64,000 nt of DNA from the NCBI GenBank assembly GCA_012295275.1, contig CM022665.1, positions 24,676,001 to 24,740,000 of the forward strand, in the 5' to 3' direction. Shown one piece after another: positions 1-12,300 of the stretch. The notes beneath the pieces are model-generated. The model was not told where the DNA came from and ran no database searches. It saw only the letters and a program-made list of their open reading frames with translations. The DNA comes from Chrysomallon squamiferum (Eukaryota; Animalia; Mollusca). Made by a program: the position numbers and the translations under genes. Within the stretch, counting starts at the first letter, position 1; each line of letters starts with the position of its first letter.

Positions 1-41
1 TGGTTTGTGTACGCACAAGTTCTTACAGTCAGATCAAATGC
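1..41 (-). CDS. PYG: Glycogen phosphorylase exon 9 (partial)
   Basis: CAG|[13 protein letters not shown](H)..., truncated by window edge. Confidence 0.93.
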
Positions 42-3000
42 CTGGAGGAAAAACCCAAACATATATACAAAAGATTTATTATTTCAAACTACTATTAGTA
101 AACAAATTTGTTTTTGATTTTTGATTTTCTCTTATGCAGTTATAATGTGTAACAAATTAAAACTTTCGTTTTAGTTCAAACAACATTTAATTCACTTTAA
201 TGTACAAATACATTTTCCATGTTTCTGAAGACCTCTTTTATTTGGAAGTTCTTATTTGTTTTAGTGTCACATCTGTTATTAGCTGTGACCCACAAGTACC
301 CATAAATATCAGAAACTAATTGCCTTTATCCTTCTTTATCGGCATATTATGTTATACATTTTATTTTTAAAAAGTTTATTATGGGAAACAAACCAAGCCT
401 TGTTGTATCTACAAAAGGTTTATCTGCACAGATTAACAATTAATCTGAGGCTTTCTCAGCTGTGGTAAATATTTTAACCATGCTGTGACTAAACAAGTAT
501 ATGACAAGACACTAAATATGATATATATGCAGTTTACCTTTTTCCAAGGAATATGCTCAATATCCAGAAATATTCTCATGAGTTCTGGGATGGCAAGAGA
601 TGGGTGGGTATCATTCAGCTGAATTGCAACCTTCACAGAAAATAAGTAATATTACTAACAAAAATTTGAAGAGAAAAAAGAATCAGGCATAATGAACTAA
701 TTTGTTTTAACATCCATCTCTTTCTAACTGATGTATCTTTTCTCTTAGTTACAGAAATTTCATGTACTGCCTGCATTCCTTAAGACAGTAATTGAAAAAT
801 ATTGAAAAAAAAATAAAAGAGAAAAAGTTCAAAGTCAGAACAGATGTAAACATACCTTTTCTGGAAAGGCATCAAATGTCTTTCTAACAGGTTCACGAGA
901 TCCAAATTTGGATGACTTGTATCTGCGAATAATGTCTTGTAAAGTTGCAGCTACAAGGAAATACTCCTGTTTTAATCGCAGTTCCTTGCCTTCAAAAAAC
1001 TGGAAATAAATAAAATATAAAAAATTTCAACATTATGGAAAATAAAAGATAAAAAGTAAAATCCATTTTCCAAGAATGTTTCAATATTAAAAAACAAAAC
1101 CAGTCTGAAGTTTCATTTTTAATGTGATGCATATGAATTCTTATGTACATATGAAAGATTTGATACTAGAAAATTCATTCAGACTTATAAGGACTGAGAA
1201 CGCATGACTTCTTATCATTATTTCATTTTAATAAATGAATCACAATTCCTTAGGAATGTATTTTAAATGATACATAAAAAACAACTTGCATTGTCATTTG
1301 GATAAAGGACTCTTGAAATGTTTTCAGCAATATTACGATCACAAACTGCTTGAATGTATTCTCCACTGTTGACTGAAATAAATGATAATACAATAGAAAA
1401 AACATATAAATAAGCATTTAAAATGGATGTAAACTTTCTAAAACTATCTGAATTGTTTTTTGAATTTTTGTCTCATCTGTGTGTGTGCGTGCGTGCGTGC
1501 ATATGTGTTTTTACTGCTTTACTCACAAAACTGTAGATTAAAGCTGTTGGGGGCTTTTGCAGACCACAGTCGCAAAGTGTTCACAGTATTGTTTCCAAAA
1601 CCTGGCACAGGACTGTCAAATGGCATAGCATAGATTATCTATGATACAAAATGAAAATAGAAAAAAAACCCATCAATAATGCTGGAATAGCATTGTTTAT
1701 AATTTATAATCAACAAAAGCTGTTTACTGCCCACTTCTGTCACTGAAAAAGAATGTAAGCTCTTCACATTTTCACCATTCAGAAATCATAAATAAATCAT
1801 AAGGTCATTTTTCTCTCTGTGGCTCAAGTTGAAACAAGTTACACAACTCAAAATATTTAAATCCGTAACTAATCACACATTCAGAAAAACTGAATGTGTT
1901 TAACAGTAAAAATTATTACCTGGGTATCAACCCAAGCTGACCCTTTGTCTGTCTTTTGCACTCTGCCATAAAAGTTAATTGGCAACATGAATTCTGGTCG
2001 AGCTTTTTCCCATGGATTTCCATAACGAAGCCAATCATCTGGTTCCTCCATCTTCAAAAAAAATTGTTTTAACAAATCTAGTCTTCACTTAAAATTATAA
2101 TATAAGATCATTATAATATTTAATGATACTAATTAACCTTCATGACACATCTTTAGCTTTTCCTGATAATGTAAAGTTTTTCTAATATTAACAGCTCCAT
2201 CTATAAAGTTTTTCTGCTGCTTTGATTATTATATATATACATTTTCTTCTCCCCAAAACTCACTAAAATGTGCAATCATTTAGCAATTTAAGCATAACAA
2301 TGTGAATAATTCTTAACAGTATTAGTATTCTAATGGCCCTAATAACTAACAACGTCTGATATCCAAACTTAAGTAATCAGTTACTTCACATGCTGTACTT
2401 GTAATATACTAAATAACTATCAGAACCAAACTTTTCTGATACTGATTTTTTTTTTACCTGCCATCCGTTTTCAATTCTTTGTGTAAAGATACCATAATCA
2501 TATCTTAAACCATAACCATATGCAGCAAGGCCTAAAGTTGCCATGGAGTCAAGAAAGCAGGCAGCTAATCTCCCAAGACCACCATTTCCAAGACCAGCAT
2601 CTTCTTCCATTTCTTCTAGTTCTTCAATGTCAAGACCCAACTAAAAATAAATTATACTTAATTCAAATACTGAAAAAGCCAGACAGAAAGTGTTTCAACA
2701 AGTAATTTCCTGTCTATAGCTGATGAAAAAGTACAAATAAATTAATATTTGTTAATAACTCATTATTGCAACAACAGGATTCCTCTTTCATGGTAGGTAT
2801 AAAGATGCAAAAAAAATATTTAACAACATCCAGGACAAAATAACACAAATGATGTTAAAGCTTTTACAAATCACATGACTAACACCTAATAACTAGATAC
2901 AAATATCATATTGTATGGTAGAATGTTATCATAAGGAATTCATAAAAACTATACAGCACACATACTCATTATTTTCAAATTCACACCCTTTTAAGCTTGC

Positions 3001-6000
3001 TATTCTATTTTTTGAGAGAATCAGCATGTCTTAAACCTCTTATATGCAAAGTTTCAAACTTTCAAGCTATTATCCTAGATCCAAAACAACTTTCATTTTG
3101 ATCTTAATTATTCATTTTTGTTTCTTCTTATGGCATAGTTTTGGTGTTTTTTTTATTGAAACAACATATTTATTTTAATTAAATATACCAGTATGGAAGA
3201 AAATATATTTCATTTTTACACTGCCTGTAAGTCTAAGCTCTAACTGAACAAATCCAGTTAAAAAGAGCTGTGATGTTACATCATCTAATCAAGGGCTGTT
3301 ATCTGTTATCTGAAAGCTTATGGTTTTATGACAGGTAAAAGTTAAACACTTTATTAGATGAGAAACTTAGCAAAAAATAAATGGCAAAGTCTTGGAAATA
3401 TATTCAGGACCAGTGAAACTTTAACACTAAAAAATATGGACAGCAAAATGTTTTAGGATTATGCATCAGCCTATGAAACTGGCATAAAAATTCACAATTA
3501 GATATTAAAATAAATATTTGCTTTTACAGTTCTCCTTCTCTTTCTCTCTCTCTTTCTGACACACAATGTAAATAAAAGAATTGTTGCCTCACTGACACTA
3601 AAATGTTTGTCTTACCTGATACATAGCTTCATCACATGAACTTTGGATACCTAAATTCACCATGGTGTTGGATAATGTTCGCCCCATATAAAACTCAAGG
3701 GAGAGGTAGTAGACTCGCTGTTAAAAGAATTTGAAAAATAAAATAAACATCTGTCCCAAGCAGGTGGAACCAGTTCATAGTACTCTGTAGGGTGTATGAA
3801 TCACAGGATAATTTATTAAATTTTAAGAAATATTGAATGCTTTGCCAACACAAGATAATCATGAAATAATAAAGCATTTCAATAATTAAATAGTTTTGGC
3901 AAATAAAATTTTATTACAAAATTATTTTAAATATCGCTAACAAAAATACATGTATAAAATAATTAAATCAATGGAAGGGTTTTCAGACTTATCTCTCTGT
4001 ATATATTGCTTTACCTATAAATAAAATCTATCTTTGCTTTCATTATTTAATTTTAAATGAAACAATACATATTAGATATGCCAGAAGGTATTCAAATCAA
4101 CAAAGAAACTAAATGACAACCATAATTAGATTTTTAGCTGATTGTAGAAATCTATGGCCAGAATAAATTGAAATAATTATAATAATTATAAATTATTATT
4201 TGTCCCATCTGTAGAAATTACTGATGAAATGAACATCACAGGTCATAGAAATGAGATACATGTAATACACTGACTAGAATAATAAGTTCTTAAAGTATTT
4301 GTGATTTTGTTTTATAGACACATAGGTAAACAATTCTAAAATTAATGCAAATAGTTTAAATTCAACATAAGACAGGGTTATTTGATGTCATTATACTTTT
4401 TTCTTTAGAAATATTAATAAAAATGCTAATATTTCTTTCAATTACATTTTACAACAAAGAGCTATTGTAAAATGACCTTGAGATAAATTGGATGAAGTCC
4501 CGGGGGTACACTGGCCAGTAAAACATTCTTGTTTTTTATTCTTTGATTTTGATATAATGGCAGAAATAAGATTATTGTTATTGCACAGTAGGCCTAGAAA
4601 ATTCAAAAGGTTGTTTACAGTCAAGTATGATTCACCAACTCTCCAATATTTTATTATAGACAGAGTAAATCTAAAATTAAGAAACAAATCCTTTTCATAA
4701 GGTTTATGAACTGTGGAAGTTTTTTATTTTATATACTAGGATCTTTTGTATATTTTGTTTAGTTTAACAATAAAATGTAACACGCTGACTTTAGACATTT
4801 ATGAAAACATATTTCAAGATGTATACATAAAGCTATAGGTTTTCACTTTATTGGAATCTAGTAGACCTATAATAAATTATAAAAATAAGACTTGAAACAT
4901 TTAAAAATTAAAAAAAATTTGTACTTAAATATACATTTTCTATCATGAGCATTAATTTTTTTTTTTAAATTTAAACTTAAATAAACATTTATCATGATCA
5001 TTATATTGGAAAATAAGCATTTTTGAAAACTATCAAATTTGATATCTTCAGCCTCTGATGTGAATTATAAAAATGTTTTACAATATTCATAGGCCTAATA
5101 CACCTTGCTGATCTTAAAACTTTCCATTGTGTTCAACTGACACTGCCAAACATAACTGGTGAACAACCTGGCATGCTTGGTGATGATGTGTGGTGCGAAC
5201 CACATAATTTAACTACATACTGTTTGTTTTTATTTAACACTTCTGTTTTTGCTTGTTTTGCTAATGTGGCTAACACTTAATGCATGAGATTAACTACATT
5301 CATATTTTTTCAGTATTTTTTTCTTAAAGTTTTTGCACCCAACGTGAAATGATCTTCTGTATCTCCAAACTGCAATTTCGCACATGGGAAAACATAGCTT
5401 TTAATTTTTTTTCATCAAACATATTCAAACTCCTTTTTCCATGATGGTACAAAACCTCTTGACTGTTTAGTTTTTCATAACTATTTCTTGTTTCTGTTGT
5501 TTCAGTTTTGAATCATTTTGTCAATGTTGTTTCCACTTTGCCATTAATAATAGCCAAATACTTTCCACGGTTCTATCATCAATGAAATGAGCATGTAGAT
5601 GGTTCTGCCAAGATTTTCTTCTCATCAATAATACTGATGTCCAGGTAATGGACTTTCATTCAGCCAGTAAACATAAAAATAGTTCCTTATTTTTAATTGA
5701 AAGAAGGCCAGTACAAATTATTTTTATGCAGCAATTTACTTGCAGCTATTTTTATTATCTCTCTTTAATTTCTATTAACATTTTTGGTTCAAACGTTATC
5801 ACTGTAATTGTGTCAGCAATATATTTTTTTTACAATATTTTATCAGGATATTCTAAAATGAGGAACAGTTTGGATAACCACTGATGAATTTATGTAGGTA
5901 AGAAGACCATAAAAGAAGCAGAATTACAAATTGTATTTACCATATATAGCTGTGTATAAGTCGAATTTTTGGGAGACTATATTAAAGTAATATTTTGGGG

Positions 6001-7656
6001 GTCGACTTATACATAGGTAATGCTTTTGTAGCTATTGCTGAAGAGTCGCCATTTTGACTATTTTTTGCTACAGGATGCATCTAAAATAATCGCGGTCTTT
6101 CAGCTTTTCAAAAATATAATTTTATCGTATAAAAATTTTTGAAAAATTAAATAACAAAACCAAATATGAATGTAAAACATGATATTCTTCCATTTAATGA
6201 CATGAAAATACATTTTAAAGCGAGAAAACTGTCAGTACGGCGTTATGCCTTACAGCGTCTTGCAATGATCTAGGAATGCAGACTTCTCTGCCAAATTGCA
6301 CTAAATATCGGTCCTAATTTCATAAACAAAACTCACTTGTTTAATTGTAAAGAATTTGGTGAAATAATATTGCAATCGTCATTAATATCCACTACCGACA
6401 AATTTTGTAAATCATAGAACGGCTAAATATAATGGTAAGTTAGGTCTCCATGTTAGACCTATTACATTAAAGAGATACTATTTATGATACATTTAGGCTA
6501 TAGCTTGTGTAATACATGCATTTATGTTATTATGGTATGTTCGTGCAAGTTACAGCTCGTGCAAGTTATGTTACAGTAGGCGTACAATGTAGGCCTTCAA
6601 GGCACTGTCACACTGGTCTAAAAATAGTGATGGTGCCTGGAATCTACAGTCGACTTATACACAAGTAATACCTAAAATGATGCAATTTTTGGTCTTAAAA
6701 TACACATCGACTTATACATAAGGTCGCCTTGTACACAAGTATATACGGTATAGCAAAATATTCATTAAACTTATGCAGACAAGGTAAACTTTAAGGTGCA
6801 GACCTAAACAGCAAGATTACTATCTGGGTATGTTAAACAAAACAATTATAGATTTCAAATCAAGCTTTATCGAAAATTTGTTGGACAGATGACTTTATGA
6901 AGTGCTGAAAGGGAACACAATGTTCTATAATGTAAATGAAATAATTTAATTCTGTTCAGTTTTCAACTGTTACAATTAAATTAATGCTTATTCAGACTGG
7001 CTGACCTATATATGCTTGAAACAGTCACTGCTTGTTATTAAATTTTTAAGCTGACCATTGTTATTTTCATAAATATATTCAACAGGTGGGAGGCATCAAT
7101 ACATTTTAAAATGTGACAAAAAAAAAAGACAAAAAGACTAACTAATAAATTATATTTTATTTTCCATAAATTACTACATGTCACTGACAATATTAATATT
7201 TAGAAATTAAACAGTTATTACACAATAAACAAATTGAAAAATTCGGAAAATCAATCTATGGCCTTGGCAGACACATTTACCCTCTGCAAAAGTTAAATTT
7301 CAAGGCCTTATGACGTCAAAACTCAGGTCGAGTCTCAAAAGATGTATGGAATAGATGTCAGAAGAAAATGTATTGGGGAGATCAAAATGTTATATAATAA
7401 AAATAATTACCTTCGGGTCCTTCTCATAGTAATACTGTTGTGTTCTGATCCATCGACCGACCAAATGATCTTTCACTGTATGTGCAAGAGCAAAAAAATA
7501 ATCTCGAGGAGTAGCAACATTTCTGTCTTTGACAAGTGTATAATGAAGGTGCCGGTTAAACGTTTGCTTCACATTTGCAACATTTTCAACCGGTGCGATA
7601 CCTCTAATACTAATCTGTTTCCGTTTCTCATGGTCGGACATAGGTGGTTTCGACAT
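1..7656 (-). CDS. PYG: Glycogen phosphorylase, 5' part (exons 1-9; gene continues beyond window start)
   Basis: Spliced exons 7656-7411, 3717-3616, 2640-2458, 2051-1920, 1638-1527, 1372-1290, 999-856, 630-538, 41-<1 join in frame. Hallmark motifs: KRKQISIRG (Ser14-type phosphorylation site), [50 protein letters not shown]. Confidence 0.98.
538..630 (-). CDS. PYG: Glycogen phosphorylase exon 8
   Basis: AAG|[31 protein letters not shown]|GTAAAC, 93 bp. Confidence 0.95.
856..999 (-). CDS. PYG: Glycogen phosphorylase exon 7
   Basis: CAG|[33 protein letters not shown]...FPEK|GTATGT, 144 bp. Confidence 0.96.
1290..1372 (-). CDS. PYG: Glycogen phosphorylase exon 6 (GC donor)
   Basis: CAG|..[27 protein letters not shown]|GCAAGT, 83 bp; frame and homology to the next exon ([13 protein letters not shown]) require the GC donor. 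Confidence 0.93.
1527..1638 (-). CDS. PYG: Glycogen phosphorylase exon 5
   Basis: TAG|[37 protein letters not shown]|GTGAGT, 112 bp. Confidence 0.95.
1920..2051 (-). CDS. PYG: Glycogen phosphorylase exon 4
   Basis: AAG|[21 protein letters not shown]...WVDTQ|GTAAT, 132 bp. Confidence 0.95.
2458..2640 (-). CDS. PYG: Glycogen phosphorylase exon 3
   Basis: TAG|[37 protein letters not shown]...ENGWQ|GT, 183 bp. Confidence 0.96.
3616..3717 (-). CDS. PYG: Glycogen phosphorylase exon 2
   Basis: CAG|[34 protein letters not shown]|GTAAG, 102 bp. Confidence 0.96.
5272..5459 (-). mobile_element. Decayed hAT-type transposase N-terminal (TTF-type zinc finger) fragment in PYG intron 1
   Basis: Frameshifted minus-strand translation [13 protein letters not shown] / [16 protein letters not shown] / HFTLGAK / [15 protein letters not shown] fits the R-F-xxW-xxxF ... 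MFC-xx-C ... F-xx-G-xx-NF ... HE-x-S-xx-H pattern of hAT/ZNF862-like TTF zinc fingers. Confidence 0.55.
5940..6748. mobile_element. Non-autonomous Tc1/mariner-superfamily (Tc2/pogo-like) MITE
   Basis: TA|CCATATATAGCTGTGTATAAGTCGA ... TCGCCTTGTACACAAGTATATACGG|TA: imperfect ~25-bp TIRs with TA target duplication. Subterminal TCGACTTATAC repeats near 6002, 6650 and 6708. No ORF. Confidence 0.8.
7411..7656 (-). CDS. PYG: Glycogen phosphorylase exon 1
   Basis: [19 protein letters not shown]...YYEKDPK, donor AAG|GTAATT, 246 bp. Confidence 0.96.
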
Positions 7657-8568
7657 CGTGTCAAAATAATGTTACTATGCAGCTAACCAAGTATCACCTA
7701 AAACTTGTTCGGCTGCTTTAGTGTGACCTTGATATCAAGGACGTTAGTTCAGTAGTCTCCCCTTCTTGTAAACATTCCTGTAGATGGCGTTCCTTCTCAG
7801 AAGAAAATGAGAAACTCCGAGATTTATGTTTTTAATTATATGCAACTATATGGTCATAATCAGATTAGGCTAAATCGTTTCCCTCTTTTTATTGTATTAT
7901 GTCAGTTTTGTTTATTGTTTTATTTTATTAATATTATTTTTTTAAGTAGTAAAATTAAATTAATTTATAAGGTAAATTAATAAAAAGTAATAATAATTTT
8001 TCTTTTTTAATAATAATAATAAACCCACAAAAACCCATGCTTGCTGACTACAGATATGTTCTAACTAGGTTTTGGATTTAATTGTTTAACAATTGGTAAT
8101 TTATTAGGGAAGATGAAGATAAATTTATATTTTCAATACTTGATACAATACTGTGAATACACTATACAGGAATATCATAATCATCAATATCAGATTCAAC
8201 CGTTTTCGGATTTAGCGTGCAAAACTTTGCCGTAGTTCTGGATCAGTGGTTGGATGCCACATTATTTTGCTGAAATTAAGTTAATTTCAGTTGGTGATGT
8301 ACGTGCAAACCTCAAACAGTATATCTCGTCTGAGGCACATCTTGTAGCTGTGTGATTGTTACTTTTATTTACTTATTGTTATTCAATAAAACTTGCTTCT
8401 CCTGTTTCGCCACAATCATCCACCAGCATGCAAACGCAATCTGTTCCTCCGTGTGTTACAATTTATACAGGGAAGGGGATTTTCATCATTAACGGACACA
8501 CTTATTTAATACGTTTAATAAAAGGTCAGCAGTATATAATATTTTACTTGAAAATACATCATCATCAG

Positions 8569-8601
<33 letters not shown>

Positions 8602-9294
8602 AGACCCCCAACCACGAATTATCAGTTGTTTTAATTTCAGCAAGAAAGTTTCAAATAAAATTTAAAAAACACTAATGTGAAAATTAAAATATGTCTCAAG
8701 TGAAAAACGAGGAGAGATCAATGAATAGGTACAGGGCTAGGTGATACGAAATTATTACATTTTATTAAAAAAATATATTTGATAAACAGCAGTAAAATTT
8801 ACTGGCTTCTCCAGTCGTTACTGCTCAAAAGATTAAATTATTATTTAATAAGTTTAGTGTTCGTTATATGTTTAAAGTAAACAGTGATACGAAGAAATTG
8901 TTTAAATGTATTCTGCATGTATTCGTTGTTTTCATTCTTTTTTTTTTTTTCTTTTTCTTTCTTTTTATCATCAAGCGTAACAACAGACGAAGTCTACGAA
9001 TATCTTGTTGCTGCCATTTCATCGTGATCTCATCGCGGACAGAGCAGACTAACATGTACTGTTTTATAGTGTTTTATTTTACTTTATTTATAAACTTTAT
9101 CCAAAACAATAAAAATAACGACTTGGAAGAATAAAGTATTTTTTTAAAAAACGACCATTTGACTGTAAAGCTACAGGTTCCTTTTGTATTTTCTTCTGGT
9201 TTTTACAGTCAATTACTTCAGGTTCTTAGTGGTTCTTTACAATAATTGAATCAAACATACCAGATCATAAACATCCGTTTTTACATTCGGCAGC
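7657..9294. promoter_or_regulatory. Divergent (head-to-head) promoter interval PYG/CEBPZ
   Basis: The ATGs of the two genes face away from each other about 1.64 kb apart. CpGs are retained here but scarce in both gene bodies. Confidence 0.7.
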
Positions 9295-9396
9295 ATGGCA
9301 GACTGGGAAACGAAAGATGAGTCGTTTAGGAAAAAACAATTACTAAAGGCGGAACCATTATCTTTGGAAGACATTAAGGATCTTGGTGGAACTAAA
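9295..9396 (+). CDS. CEBPZ: CEBPZ exon 1
   Basis: GCAGCATGG start context; MADWETK...[11 protein letters not shown]|GTATTG. Confidence 0.85.
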
Positions 9397-12300
9397 GTAT
9401 TGGATGTTTCATTCTGTATAAAAATGTTATTTAGTGAAGAAAGTAAATCATACAGTAGCGCTACAGAGATATACTGATAGTAACTTTACTAAGTAAAGTA
9501 ATACAAATAGACTCATAGTTACTAGTATCATAGTCATAGATGATACTATCATACTAATACTTTACTTCAACTCTTGGCATTACTGATTACAGTTTGGTCA
9601 TACACTGATGTAATCATACACCTGATACGGTGAAGATATCACTGTCACTGTCAGTATCAACTATCAGTGTATTATTATAATCATGGTATTCATATAATTC
9701 AGTAATTAATAATTTCATGATATTTATTATTTATATTGAATTATATTGTTGATACAGTTTTAGAATTAATATTCATAACATTAACAGTAACACTGAATAA
9801 TATATTATTGAATACCATGCTGTCTTCATAATAATGATAATTGATTCAGTGTATGTTAGTGACATCAGGATCATTATGTTTCAGATTCTGATGCAGTTAG
9901 TTACTGGAATTGGTTTTTATACAATCACTGATAGATCAGAGAGGAACCAAATTACATCTAACCTTTTTCTTTGATTCAGTATTTCACAGTGAATACATAT
10001 GATAATAGAAATTTTAATTTAAAGAGTTTTTGCTTTAGTGTATCATCACAATTACGTCTTATATGTAAGGTGCAGTCACTGCGTGAAGAATTGTCATTAT
10101 GTTTTGAAAAATTAAAATTTAGTTTTTGATGTTATGTTTCTTTACATCAATCATTTTTGAGTCCATCTACATTTTAGTTAACTATGGTTGCTTTGATGTG
10201 ACAGTAATTTGGTCCAATCAGGACTGGCTGACAGTAGAGACAATTCAGACACTTGTTCTGGGTTCTAAAATATAAATGGGAAACTGTTAAAGTAATAAAA
10301 TAAAATAAAATAATAAAATGTGAAAATTTCTTGAATGGAGTCAAACTGTCAATTATCTGATTTAACAAAGGAAATTTTCAATGACTCAACTAGGGATGTA
10401 AAAACCTTACAGCCAGTCCAGGGTTCAGTTATTTGTGTACACCAGCAAAAGGGTTAATTGCTAACTGTTGACTCAGTTTTTTGCTAAAGGACATGATTAA
10501 TTATTAACTTACATCTTTAAAAATGAATATTAATCTTGTAAGAAATGATTTTTGAAGATTAAAAAAAATGGACACAGGTATATATGCTTGTAAATCAATA
10601 CATAAAAATGTAACAAACATATATAAAAAACATATTTATGCCATGACTTTATAAGAATATGGAATAAAATTGATAAGCAATAGGTCTAAATAATTAATCA
10701 AGAAAATCTTTGAAAATTCATAAGTTAATTATTAATTGCATGTATGAGCCATTGATGTGGATTTCCTAAAATCTCTGAAACAAAATAACTTTTCTAAGCA
10801 TTTCATTTGTGAATTATTATTACTTACTAGTTTCAGTGAATTAATTCAGTGTGTTTTTAATTAAATTCCAGCCTTGTAAGGAATTGGATAATTGATTTTG
10901 ACTTTTGCAGGATGATCTTGAGATGCTTGCTGGTATAGACGACAGTGAGGATGAAGAAACAGTAGAAATTGGTGATAATAATGATGGGGGATCTATAGAG
11001 AAAGAAGAGGTACTGAAATAGATTAATGCAAGATAAATTAATAAATTTGTATATTATCTCATTAAATACTTAAGTAAAGTTTTATTTTAATATAAATGAA
11101 GGACAAGTATAATAACAATTTAAAAATTCACAAAAACTATAATATCTCCCAAACTGAACAGTGTATACAGTCTCATGAATTATCTGGTATCTAAATGTAT
11201 TTCCTCACTAAATTAAATAGTTCATCAAACAAAACATTGCATTTAGTACCAACACTATTCTGTTTTAAAAAGTAACACTGGATTTAGTAGGCATTCTTCA
11301 TATAATAATTGCTTTGATATAAAAACCATAATTTGTAAATATTTACTGCTGCTACAACTAATATGATTAGTAGTTTTATTATTACTGCCACTACCAGAAG
11401 CATTATAGCAACTATTACTGGTATTATTGTTACTATTATTACTTCTTCTACTACTACCAATAAAACTGTCACCATTTCTGTTACTGTGGCAATTTTATTG
11501 ATTTATGGTTTGTGCTTTTAATAATACAGAAAATCTTTAAATAATAAAAATAATAATAATAATAAATATTTAAAATATTTAGATACATTTAAAACTGAAG
11601 TAGGTTACAAAATAGTTTCCTGTTTTTGTTTCTGTTGATTTAAGTCAGAGAAAAGAGTGGTTACTCTTTGTTTTTAAGAAAAAAAAATTTTTTTATTATA
11701 ATCTTCACAATATTTTTTTATAATGTTTCATTTTTGTTTATAGCTGCAGAATTTTATTAAGAAGCTTGGCATTGATCAACACATACCTACAGATTTGCCA
11801 GATGAAGATGTGTAAGTACCCATTTTTTCACATTCATCCATTATGCAATGCTTGATTTAATAATTTTACCAGAAATACACAGTATATAAAATAAAATTTT
11901 GGTTTGCACAGTTATTATTAGTTTTAAAAATTTAATTTTGTATATGGTTTGTAAATTAAAAATTAAATGAAGATGACATTAAACAGTCATATTTATTTAT
12001 AATTTTACTTTTTATCTGTTATTGTTCATTAAAATTTAGATAGCAATAAATTTCAGTGTTATTTAAACAAAAACAAAACCCCAAAACACCCCAAAATTGA
12101 CCAAAAAACACAACAACCCACAAACGTTTTATACAGTTTCCAGTTTAAACAGAAGCCCTATTTAAATTCTATTTAAAAAAATAATAATAATTTTCAGTGT
12201 TGAAGACGATAAACTAAATGAATCACCTGTGAAAACTGTAAATGAAAGTTCAAATACAAAAGGAAAAAAGAAGAAGAAAAATAAATATAAAATTCAGGAC

